From Antedon mediterranea (lineage: Eukaryota > Animalia > Echinodermata), in assembly GCF_964355755.1 (NCBI RefSeq), contig NC_092679.1, positions 8,338,201 to 8,402,200 of the forward strand: a stretch of 64,000 nt of DNA, read 5' to 3'. Both the position numbers and the translations under genes were made by a program. The notes under the pieces are model-generated. The model saw nothing but the letters and a program-made list of their open reading frames with translations. It did not search any database and was not told the DNA's origin. Below, piece after piece: positions 52,707 to 64,000 of the stretch (its first letter is position 1; the number at the start of each line of letters is the position of its first letter).

Positions 52707-55026
52707 TAGTCCAGATCCCTATGTATTTTCGTGTGCAGATCATGGGGAAAGTGTAAGCATTGTGTTTTATGAATATTTGAATCATGTTGGTAATAAAAAC
52801 CCATGTCAAATTTCTAAAATTCATCTTTGACCTCTGACTTCAATTTGAATGTTTTGACCCATTGAAAACAAAATGATCATATCTTTGCAACGCTTAGATT
52901 AAATGAAATAATTTTAGTGTCAAATTATTTGGGAGATGCATATTAATATTCGTTCTAATGAAAAAGTTTGTCAAAAAATGGCTGGAAGTATGATTTTTGG
53001 CATATTTGACCTTTGACCTACATATCATATAACTCCGTAACTAATAGTTGGACAAACTTTAAATAGGGCTCAAATTAATCTGAAAGTATATGTTTCTATT
53101 CAGTCTAATAAGAACTTTTACAAGAAAATGATCCGAAATATTTGTATTGACCTTTGACCTGTACTAGTAGTACATATTTCTATAATCTCAAAAACTATGG
53201 GCCGTAAAATGGTTGTTTTTGTGAAATGGTTCGAACAATTTACATTTATATGTTGTATAATAACAACATTTTATAGAAATGTAAAAGAATTCTATTCATG
53301 ATCACTAACTTTATAATTTATTAACATCACTAGCATTTGTTATAATATTAAAATGTGTTATATTTGCTGATTATAAGCACTTCACATGAATTTATCAGAA
53401 TTATGTGTATTTAAATATAAAGTTTTATTTTTTTGACATAAAGAAAATTTAATTATCTATCAAATAAGACCATTTTCAAATTAATATGGCTAAAACTTAA
53501 TTAGATACAGGCAAAAAAGTGTATTTTTACTTGTGTGAACAGCACCCTCAATATTCATTTTCCCCCCAAAATACCACATTTTTATGTGTTTTCCTGAACT
53601 TAACAGGTTATAACTTTGTTTTAAAGACTTTTTACAGTAACCTGTAATTTACATACCTCTTTTATAACGTACTAGGCCAGTTTCTGAAAAAATTGAGAAA
53701 AATATTCCGATAGCTTGATATTTTTGTTGAGGTTATTACATGATACACACAACAAAAAAATATTTTAATTTTGAGCTAAAAGTCCATCTTTTTGGTTTAA
53801 TAAAAGCTATCTAGCAGATATTAATACACAAAATTCATATTTTATTGGATAGATATTATGATTATCTTTCCAATAAAATATCCTGTTTGTGTAAGAATGG
53901 CTGTACAAGATTGTTTGTACTGGACCAAAAAGATGGATTTTTAGCACAAAATCAAAATCTTTTTTAGCATGCACGATGCAATAACCTCAGGAAAAATATC
54001 AAGCTATTGAAATATTTTCTCATTTTTTTTCAGAAACTGACCTAGTGCGTTATAAAAGTGGTATGTAAATTACAGGTTACTGTAAATAATCTTTAAAACA
54101 AAGTTATAACCTGTTAAGTTTATGAAACCACATAAAAATGTGGTATTTTGAGGGGAAAATGAAGATTGAGGGCGCTGTTCACACAAGTAAAAAAATACAC
54201 CTTTTTGCCTGTATCTAATTAAGTTTCAGCCATATTAATTTGAAAATGGTCTTATTTGATAGATAATTAAATTTTCTTTATGTCAAAAAAATAAAACTTT
54301 ATATTTAAATACACATAATTCTGATAAATTCATGTGAAGTGCTTAAAATCAGCAAATATGACACATTTTAATATTATAACAAATGCTAGTGATGTTAATA
54401 AATTACAAAGTTAGTGATCATAAATAAAATTCTTTTAACATTTCTATAAAATGTTGTTATTATACAACATATAAATGTAAACTTTTCGAACAATTTCACC
54501 AAAAAATAACTTTTACGGCCAATAGTTTTTAAGACTGTAGGAATGTGTACTACCTGTACAGGTCAAAGGTCAATAAGAATATTTTGGGTAATTTTCTCGA
54601 AAAAGTTCTTATTAGACTGAATAGAAACATATACCTTCAGATTAATTTGAGCCCTATTTAAAGTTTGTCCAACTATTATTTACGGAGTTATATGATATGT
54701 AGGTCAAAGGTCAAAAATGCCAAAAATCATACTTCCGGCCATTTTTGGACAAACTTTTCCATTAGAAAGAATATTAATATGCATCTCCCAAATAATTTGA
54801 CACTAAAATTATTTCATTTAAAATAAGCGTTGCAAAGATATGACCATTTTGTTTTCAATGGGTCAAAACATTCAAATTGAGGTCAGAGGTCAAAGATGAA
54901 TTTTAGAAATTTGACAACATGGGTTTTTATAACCAGCATGATTCAATTATTCATAAAACACAATGTTTACACTTTCCCCATGATCTGCACACGAAGGCAC
55001 TTTTCTTGACATAGGGATCTGGACTA
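52707..55026. mobile_element. Academ-like foldback element, ~1.1-kb inverted arms around a ~130-bp spacer
   Basis: Arms 52707-53796 and 53924-55026; TAGTCCAGATCCC termini; CTA TSD. Confidence 0.85.
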
Positions 55027-55646
55027 CTAGTGTAAACAATAATCAAAGACAAATTTTGCATCTCTTCACTTCAACACTGATTTTTATTGATTTTTTACTC
55101 TTTATTTATTTTGAAACCTATTTAAAAATTACATTTTATTTCTGTGACATCGCATAAACCAATTTAGAAACAGAAAACAAATTACACAAACTCCGAACAA
55201 ACTACGAGGAAAAAGAGGAAGTAGTCGGGTTTAATAAAAGATGTCATAAAATAGGGTCCCCGTGGGGGGGTCTTTTATGGGCCTTTTCAAGTTGGCGGTT
55301 AAAATATTCAAATAGCTTATATCTTTGTAATGGCTGGTGTTACAGGTTTCATTTTAGTGTCAAATAATTCATATATATTTATATTGACTCTCATACAATA
55401 TGTACAGTATATACTGTATTTCTATATACAGTGTAGCATTGGTGAAATTACGGGAACACATGTTCTAATTGTTTGGTATGATTACATTATCAAAATAAAC
55501 TTTAAGACAACAATATCGAATAATAATGAATGGAGGAAAATAATATAAGAAAATTTGGCACGTAGAAGCGAAGTGCGCGCTTTTTGAAATTTGTATAACT
55601 TTGACTAAAGAAATAAAAAACAACTTTTTAACTTCAACTTGCCAAA

Positions 55647-56276
55647 TGTGGCACATGCAAGCGAAATCGGACATAAGTCGCATTTGTAGATTTGTAGAAA
55701 CAGCCGAAAACAATAAAAGGCTGAAAAATTAAATTTTTTTATTTTTACAGAAAATGATAGCTGAAACAATATTTATTTACATTACCTTGGTGTTTTTCTA
55801 TTTTGAGACAAATAAATAGATACATTTTAACATTTTGTTTAGTATGTTGGTTAAAAAGATGGTGTAAATTATATGATTTTCATAAAACATATCATGTTTT
55901 ATGCTTAACTTGAAAGTGTTCCATTGGGTTGATTTTAATCAAATTTTGCATAATAATAGAACAATATTTAATTAAGGAAGGTGCGAAGTTTCATTGAAAT
56001 AAAACAATTAGAATACCCTTTTGCCAAGGCGTAAACTTAGACGCCCTGTTTATTTTGTTGTTGTTTTCACTTCCTGTTACTTAACTTTAAAAGCATTTTT
56101 CTCAAAACACTGATTGTAACAACCAAAACTTTAGACTGAGATATCTCTGGAAGTAGACATGATATCAAGATATTTTTTTCAGCATTTCAAATCTTGGATT
56201 ATGTAGTTTCAGTATTTGTGGAAATCTCAATTTTGAAAATTCCGACTTATGTCTGGTTTCCCTTGCAGATGCCACA
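55647..56276. mobile_element. Unclassified TIR element (TGTGGC termini)
   Basis: TGTGGCACATGCAAGCGAAATCGGACATAAGTCG vs CGACTTATGTCTGGTTTCCCTTGCAGATGCCACA. Confidence 0.65.
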
Positions 56277-56989
56277 TATGTTAACCTCACAACATCCGAT
56301 AGGCTTAATTTTTATATGAATTCATATCTATATTTCATAATAAATTATAATCATTATCATTTAATTCTGAAGAGCTGAGATATTCAAATATACGCTAAAG
56401 GTGAAATTACACAACATATTCAAGTTTTTAGGCATGATGACGCTATTAAAATGAAAATTATGGCAACTCAAGAGAAAGATAATTATTAGAAAAAGCACAT
56501 ACTGAAATTAGAGCGAAAATCGGGCTTGAATAACCAAGATGCGCTCTGTTGAATGTGATAACCTACAAAAAAGACCCTAATTTTTTAATTCAAGTGACCA
56601 GTTGATGACGTCAAATAGTTATATGAATTTAATATCTACAACTCAATGGCTTCCAGAATGAGTTATTTTCATTTCAGCAATTTTGTGAAAATAAGGTGTG
56701 CATTTTGTCATTTTTAACATGCTCGTATAGTGTCATTTTAAGTCAGAATGGACTTAGGATTGGGATTTGTACAACAATTTTAATTTGTTATGCTTTCTAA
56801 GAATTGTGTGCGCAAAAACGTTTGCATAACCTTGAAATACATAAGTTTTTATTTGCTAATATTTTTACCCTTCACCTAAAGCTTACTTATAGTTAATTTT
56901 TTTAATATTTTATGACAAGTTACGGAGATATGCACAAGTTAGCACCACTCGTTGCTAAAGTCCAGAACTAAAAGAGTTATTTTGAAAGT

Positions 56990-57549
56990 TCACCCTCATA
57001 CCCCATCCCACCTTATTGATAACACCCTTTCCATCTCATCCGTTTCTCAACGTTATCAGTTTCAACTTGGTTGTCTCGCCTATCGGGCTTCCATCAATAC
57101 CGTTCCGGATTACATTAGTCGCATGTTAACCAGGACTCAGCCCGGAAGTCGACCAACTACCAGATCCATCTCTAATTGTAATTATATTGTTCCTCGACCT
57201 TCATTAGAGATTTTTAAACAATGTTTCAATTATAAAGTGCCTATGTATTTTAATATGATTCCTAAAATCATTCGACAATCTGAAAATATTATTGCCTTTA
57301 AACGTGAACTTAAAGAATTTATTTCCAGCTAATATTGTTCGTATTGTGTATATATATATTTTATCTGTCAACGATTTTAACTTCTATATGAATTTTATAA
57401 CCATTGTAAATTTTTAGGCCTATATTATGTCATTTGAATATTCAATATTTTATGTGTTTTACTGTATGTATGTTTTATCAAATGATCAGTTCCATTAGGA
57501 ACTGGATAGGCTACCCTCAGTAAAAATGGTAATAAATAAATAAATAAAT
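56990..57549 (+). mobile_element. 5'-truncated CR1/L2-type LINE 3' end
   Basis: ORF2 C-terminal-like peptide (TVPDYI...RPTTRS...VPRP...FKQCFNYKVPMYFNMIP...FKRELK) followed by a (TAAA)n tail. Confidence 0.8.
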
Positions 57550-58429
57550 ATGATTGATAATGTGATTTAACAAAATGTCGTATAAATGACGACACAGATG
57601 AGTGATCATGCGGAAAAGCTTATGAGGATTAAGTTAAATTGTTTGAAAGATATTGTGAAATTTTTGTGATCATGCACCATGGTTAGTGATTGATATTGAT
57701 TCCAATTAATTATATGTTCCAATAGACCCGACGTTAAATACAAAAAACAACCATGTTTAATGCGTAGACCAAATTTCAATTAAATAATAAAAATAAAACC
57801 CCGATTTTAAGCATGGCATCATAGACAAGTTCTATTTCCTCTGAAATATGGTGCAAGAAGCATGTTTGGGTAGAAGCTGGGATCCACTTGATTTAGGATA
57901 TTTCGACCTCGCTGATTATGAATATGGCGGATCCCAAGCGAAATTCGGCCATCTAAGCCCTTAATTTGCATAATTAAAAATGGCGGCCATTTTTTTATAA
58001 TTACCCTATATCTCGAGAACCACTAGTCACAGATAATTAATTTTGGTCTCAAAATGTTTTAAATATATGTTTTTATATTCACTTTAATGACACATTTTCT
58101 CAAAAAATGGATGCAAGTCTTATTTCTGTCATTTTGACCTTTGACCTTGATTTATCGTATCTCCGTAACCAATAATCGGAGAGACACGAAATAGGGCTCA
58201 AATTGTTCAGAAACTATACATTCATATTTATTATAATGAAATGTTTTTACAAAAAATGGCCGATTCTACAACTATTGACCTTTGAACTATAGTCAAATAT
58301 AATAATATAATAATAATATAACTTTGAAAATTGTGGTCTTATGAATTATTATTTTGTAATGTCATTTATATAATGCTCTAATTAATCTATTAATTGAAAA
58401 ACACAGGGCTTCAGGTCCACAACTGAAGT

Positions 58430-58720
58430 CTATACAATAGCACCACACAAGCTGGAATGCCGAAAATACAATATAAAATCCACTATGGCCAAGTAGCGGT
58501 GCAGATGAAGCTAAAATCTAAGTGCAATCTAACAGCCAAACGACGTGAAAACAGCAAAGCCTACCACATTCCTCATTCATCTGTTGACTAGTTCCCTTTT
58601 TATCCACGAACCGCTGAACAATGGAACCTTCTCCCAGAAGAAGTTGTAAATACTACTTCCCTTCTACAATTTAAAACTCTCTTTAAACAAATGCAACAGA
58701 ACCTTTTAGATAAACATCAA
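58430..58720 (+). mobile_element. Decayed LINE ORF2 C-terminal fragment
   Basis: Translates to FYPRTAEQWNLLPEEVVNTTSLLQFK. Confidence 0.55.
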
Positions 58721-59020
58721 CCAATAAATACAGGGCCACCTACGAATTTGTTCAAATGGGGATCTTTCAAGAAAATAGGTGAAAGGGATTGTACATATGT
58801 GTTGTTTTATATGCGGCACACACTGTATACAAAAAAATAAATAAATAAAAAATTGCAACAGCTTTAGCCAGTGAAGCAGTAGCCTTCATCTGAAGTTTTC
58901 TCCTAATGGAAGGGCCGGGCTCTGAATAAAGTTTTCCGTAAACCACAACATCGCCACACATACTTATATATGCACATGTACTGTGCATAGTACGACCCGA
59001 GTCAGGATTATTGATCCTTT

Positions 59021-62000
59021 TTAGTTATCCGCTTGGTATACCAAGCGGATAACTCCTTGTTATTGTATGAGATCAACATTTTTTGGTTATCCGCAACTTG
59101 TGCACCTCCTATTTTCGAATGACGTCAGAGTTGCGCAACGTGACTTACGCGCGATTTTATGATTTTTTATGATTGATCATAGACTAAAAACCAAAAGTCA
59201 TCTTGTATTGACACTTAGTGAAAATTTAAGTCATATCAAGGGAAAACTTTCTATGGATTAAAAATGGCATGTTTTACAAGAACTTACGCACGCACGCGCA
59301 TTTAAAATTTCAAAATGCGCAAAATTAATTTCTAATCAACTTTCTACGCTGATCAGGACATTTTGAGCATGTCAAAAATTCCCACGCGCGCGAAAAAATT
59401 TACTCGTAAGGTGCGCACGTAGCATGAAAACCATGTGTTTTTCTCTTGAATTATGATTTTACAGCCTTTCTTAGTAATTTTAAAAAAGATTGACATCATT
59501 TCAAATAAAAATGACGTCATATGAACACGTTGATTGAGACCATTTGCGCACGTTTTAGTTGAAAAAGTTATAAAATATTGTCAAAATAATGCCTATTTTG
59601 AATCTATTATAACTCTTCAGGATCAAAGGTGACCCCAATTTTTTAAAACTTATTATGCAAGAAGATAAATTGTAGATATAAATTCATGCACAATTTTTAC
59701 CTCTCGGATGTTATGACGTCATCGTATGGCCACACGAATGTATAATATAGGATTTTTGTCTCTTTTGTTATTGCTCATCACTTTCAATAGAGCGCATCTT
59801 GCTTATCCGTATTCCATTTCCTCCGAGATTTTAATATTATCTAGGTCAATCAACTATCTTTCACATGAGTTAAAAATATTTTAATTGTTATGACGTCATC
59901 ATGCCTAAAAATTTTAATTAACAGGGTAATTAATTTCATCTTTACAGTAAATTTTAATCTGTTATAGCTCGTACGAATAAAATGTGATAATCACGATTAA
60001 AACGTTTTCAGGAAGCTATGGGATTGTAGATACTAAATCATGTGAACTTTTCGCCAATTAGATATTGTGACGTCATCATATGGCCAATTAAATAAACAAA
60101 GTCGTATTTTCATCTTTTGCGTCATAGTTCATTACATTTAAAAAAGCGCGCATCAATATTACATGTATTCAAATTTCTTCTAAACGTTAATATGTTGTTG
60201 CTGAGATAATTTCCTTCCGAAATTACTACCTTCGCGTTTCATTTTGAAACCGTCAACATGTTAAAAATTGGAATAAAATACGGGTCCTGCAATTTCACCT
60301 ATTTTACACTGTCGTTGATATGTATACAGATTATACTGTGTGTACTATATGACACAAAATATACAGCATTCAGCACTAACAACACATCATATTCTTCAGT
60401 TCAGGTAATAATGCCATAATCTTTTTTTGTGTGCAAAATTTCAACGTATGACGTGCGCGTGGCGTTTGTCGAGCGGATAACTAACTCGTCAAAGTGACGA
60501 GTTTCATGTCTAGTTCTTCTTTCTTTCCCGGATTTTTGTGAGCAGCATATCCCCTATTGCTTGTGAATATATCTTTTGTATAACTTTGTCATTATATGGA
60601 CATTTACCTGAAGTTGTGCACCTCCATATTTTGAATGACGTCAGAGTTGCGCAACGTGACTTACGCGCGATTTTATGAATTTCAATGATTGATCATAGGA
60701 TAAAAAATAAGTCATTTTGAATTGACACTTAGTGAAAATTTAAGTTATATCAAGGGCAAACTTTCTATGGAATAAAAATGGCATGTTTTACAAGATGTTA
60801 CGCGCGCACGCGCATTTAAAGTTTCAAAATGCGCAAAATTAATTTCTAATCAACTTTCTACGCTGATCATGACATTTTGAGCATCTAAAAAATTCCCGCG
60901 CGCGAAAAAAATTTTACGCGTAAGATGCGCACGGAGCATGAAAATCATGTTTTTTCTCTTGAATTGTGATTTTCCAGTCTTTCCTAGTCATTTTCAAGAA
61001 GATTGACATAATTTCAAATTAAAATGACGTCATACGAACACGTTAATTTAGACCATTTGTGTGCGTTTTAGTTTAAAAAGTTATAAAATATTGTCAAAAT
61101 AATGCCTATTTTGAATCTATTATAGCTCTTCAGAATCGAAGGTGACCCCCAATTTTTTTACTTTATTAATATTATGCAAGAAGATAAATTGTAGATATGA
61201 ATTCATACAACATTTTTACCTCTCGGATGTTATGACGTCATCGTATGGCCACACGAATGTAAAATATAGGATTTTTGTCTCTTTCGTTATTGCTCATCAC
61301 ATTCAGCAGAGCGCATCTTGCTTATACATATTCCATTTCCCCCGAGATTTTAATATTGTCTACGTCCATCAACTATCTTTCAAATGAGTTAAAAATATTT
61401 TAATATTTATGACGTCATCATGTCTAAAAATGTAAATAACGTGGGTCACTTATTTTCATCATCTCATCAGAAAATTTCAATCTGTTATAGCTCGTCAGAA
61501 TAAAAAGTGATAATCATGATTAAAACGTTTTCTGAAAGCTATTGGATTTTAGATACGAATTCATGTGAATATTTTGCCAATCAGATGTTGTGATGTCATC
61601 ATATGGCCAGTTAAATTCAAAAAGTCATATTTTCATCTCTTGCGTAAAAGTTCATTGCGTTTAAACGAGAGCGCATCTCACTTTCACGTGCCCAAAATTC
61701 TTCAAATTTGTATTAATGTAATTATTTAGATAATTATCTTCTAAAATTGTTATTTTATATGCCAATTTGATGACGTCATCGTGTTAGTAATTGGATTTAA
61801 AAGATGGGTCTCGTAATTTCGTCTATTCTACACTGTATATAACATACAGTGTATTCTGTAAACACTGTAATATGCTGTATGCTACAAAATAGGTACAATT
61901 CAGCACTGTAAGCATATTTAAATACTGTAATAGGATGGCATAATAATTGTCGGCGTTCATATAGTTTAAAGTATGTGCATGTTGCGTTTGCGCGGATAAC

Positions 62001-64000
62001 CCGAACTCGTCAAAGTGACGAGTTCAAGTCTAGTTCTTCATCTTCTTTGTTATTAGTTATCCGCTTAGTAGCGGATAACTCCTTGTAATCGTCCTGTTTC
62101 ATCATATTTTTTTTTTTTTTTTTCCTGTATTATACTTCTTTCCTTCTGTCATTTTTGTGCGTCGCGTTTCTCTAAAACGTGTAAACAGAACATATCGTAA
62201 CTTTGTCAACATATCAACATTTACGTGAACTTGTGCACCTCCTATTTTTGAATGAAGTCAGAGTTGCGCAACGTGACTTACGCGCGATTTTATGAATTTC
62301 AATGATTGATCATAGACTAAAAACGAAACATAATTTTGTTTTGACACTTTGTGAAAATTTAAGTCACATCAAGCGCAAACTTCCTATGGATTAAAAATAG
62401 CATGTTTCACAAAAAGTTACGCGCGCACGCGCGTTTAAAATTTTAGAGTGCGAAAAATCAACTTCTAATCAACTTTCTATGCGTTTCATGTCATTTTAAG
62501 CATGTCAAAAATTCCCACGCGCGCGAAATTTTTTACGCACGCGGTGCACACTTAGAGTTAAAAACATATTTTTTTCGCGTGATTCATGTTTTTTCAGCCT
62601 TTTATAGTAATGTTACCAACTTTTAAACAATTTCGACTTAAAATTACGTCATACGAGCACGTCGAATTAAATAATTTGCACGCGTTTCTGGTGAAAAAGT
62701 TCAAAAATTCGTCAAAATTATGCCTATTTTTAAACAGTCATAGATTCTAAACTACATGGAGAACTTTTTTTTAATTACATATTCTGGAAGTTGATGAGTT
62801 GTAGATATCGAATCATGCATTAATATGGCTAACCGGACATTGTGACGTCATCGTATGGCCACGCGAATATAAAATATAGGATTTTTGTCTCTTTCGTCAT
62901 AGCTCATCACATTTAATAGAGCGCATCTCCACTTATTCGTAGTCGATTTTCACCCCGATTTTACTATATTCTAGGTCAATCAACTATCGTTTGCATGAAT
63001 TAAAAATTTTTTAATTTTTTCAACGTCATCATGCCTAAAAATTTAAATTACGTTGGTCATTAATTTCATCTTTACAGTAAATTTTAATCTGTTATAGCTC
63101 GTAAGAATAAAATGTGATAATCACGATTAAAACGTTTTCAGGAAGCTATTGTATTGTAGATACAAAATCATGTGAAAATTGTGCCAATCGAATGTTGTAA
63201 CGTCATCATATGGCCAGTTAAATACAAAAAGTCGTATTTTCATCTTTTGCGTTATATTTCATTACATTTAAAAGAGCGCGCATCAATATTTCACGTATTC
63301 AAATTTCTTCTACACGTTAATATGTTGTTGCTGAGATAATTTAATTCTGAAATTTCTACTTTTGCATTTCATTTTGAAACCGTCAAGATGTTAAAAATTA
63401 CAATAAAATACGGGTCCCGTAATTTCACCTATTTTACACTATTTGTGATATGTATACAGATTGTACTGTGTATACTATGTATATGACACAAAATAACAGA
63501 ATTCAGAAATAACAACATATCATATTCTTCAGTTCAGGTCATAATGCCTTAATATTTTTCTGTGTGCAATATTCTAACGTATGACGTGCACGTGGCGTTT
63601 GTCGAGCGGATAACTAACTCGTCAAAGTGACGAGTTTCATGTCTAGTTCTTCTTTCTTTCCCGGATTTTTGTGACCAGCATATCTCTATTGCTTGTGAAC
63701 ATAACTTTGTATAACTTGGTAAAAAGATTGACATTGAAGTGTAGATGTGCAGCCAACCTTTTGGACGATGTCAGATCCGCGTTGCGTAAGTTACGCGCGA
63801 TTTTATGAATTTCGCGTATTTAACATAGACTAAAAACCAAAAGTCATTTTGTAATAACACTTGGAGAAAATTTAAGTCATATCAAGGGCAAACTTTCTAT
63901 GGATTAAAAATGGAATGTTTCAAAGAAAGTTACGCGCGCACGCGCGTTTAAAATTTCAAAATGCGAAAAATCAACTTCTAATCAACTTTCTACGCGTTTC
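59021..64000 (+). mobile_element. Stack of four ~1.5-kb HINE-like elements (3' ends at 60513, 62033, 63646; the last runs off the window)
   Basis: 5' hairpins AGTTATCCGC..GCGGATAACT at 59023 and 62054; each 3' end is GCGGATAAC + AACTCGTCA-aag-TGACGAGTT + CTAG. Confidence 0.82.

Larger units (their letters stand above)
50252..55030 (+). mobile_element. Helitron family B, interrupted by family A copy 3 and by a foldback element
   Basis: 5' TCTATATATAAATTATGG; 3' CTAGAGGGGGAGC-GAGCAAAGCGA-GCTCACCCTCTA[insertion]G|T. Joining these two ends into one element is inferred. Confidence 0.65.

Noticed and set aside
48883-64000. Further LRPPRC exons
   Set aside because: I found no phase-2 exon resembling the expected continuation; it probably lies beyond the window, though a short diverged exon could have been missed.

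Overview
AT-rich, intron- and repeat-dominated eukaryotic DNA from an animal, probably a marine invertebrate (inference); nothing here is prokaryotic. The + strand carries 15 consecutive internal exons (8730-48882, 1485 nt, one open frame with matching intron phases) of an LRPPRC orthologue (mitochondrial PPR protein). The gene starts before the window and continues after it. The introns are filled with nested transposons: an apparently intact two-gene PIF/Harbinger element (Myb/SANT gene and DDE transposase, convergent); a decayed near-full-length CR1/L2-type LINE; non-autonomous Helitrons; Helentron/HINE-like elements; Academ-like long-TIR elements; and Kolobok-, piggyBac-, Harbinger- and Tc1/mariner-type MITEs. 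Most notable observations: (1) TA->TAGGCCTA and TA->TACTGTA micro-insertions between paralogous copies, plus chains of TAGGCCTA/TAGGCTA/TAGCCTA, that look like excision footprints of an unidentified GGC-ended transposon; (2) Helitrons whose 3' hairpin includes the terminal CTAG and carries a GCGAAGC/tandem-GA loop kept across different stems; (3) a 13-copy minisatellite made from an exon end plus its splice donor; (4) a 39-bp hairpin in a short LRPPRC intron. Protein and superfamily assignments come from recognised motifs; no database search was run.
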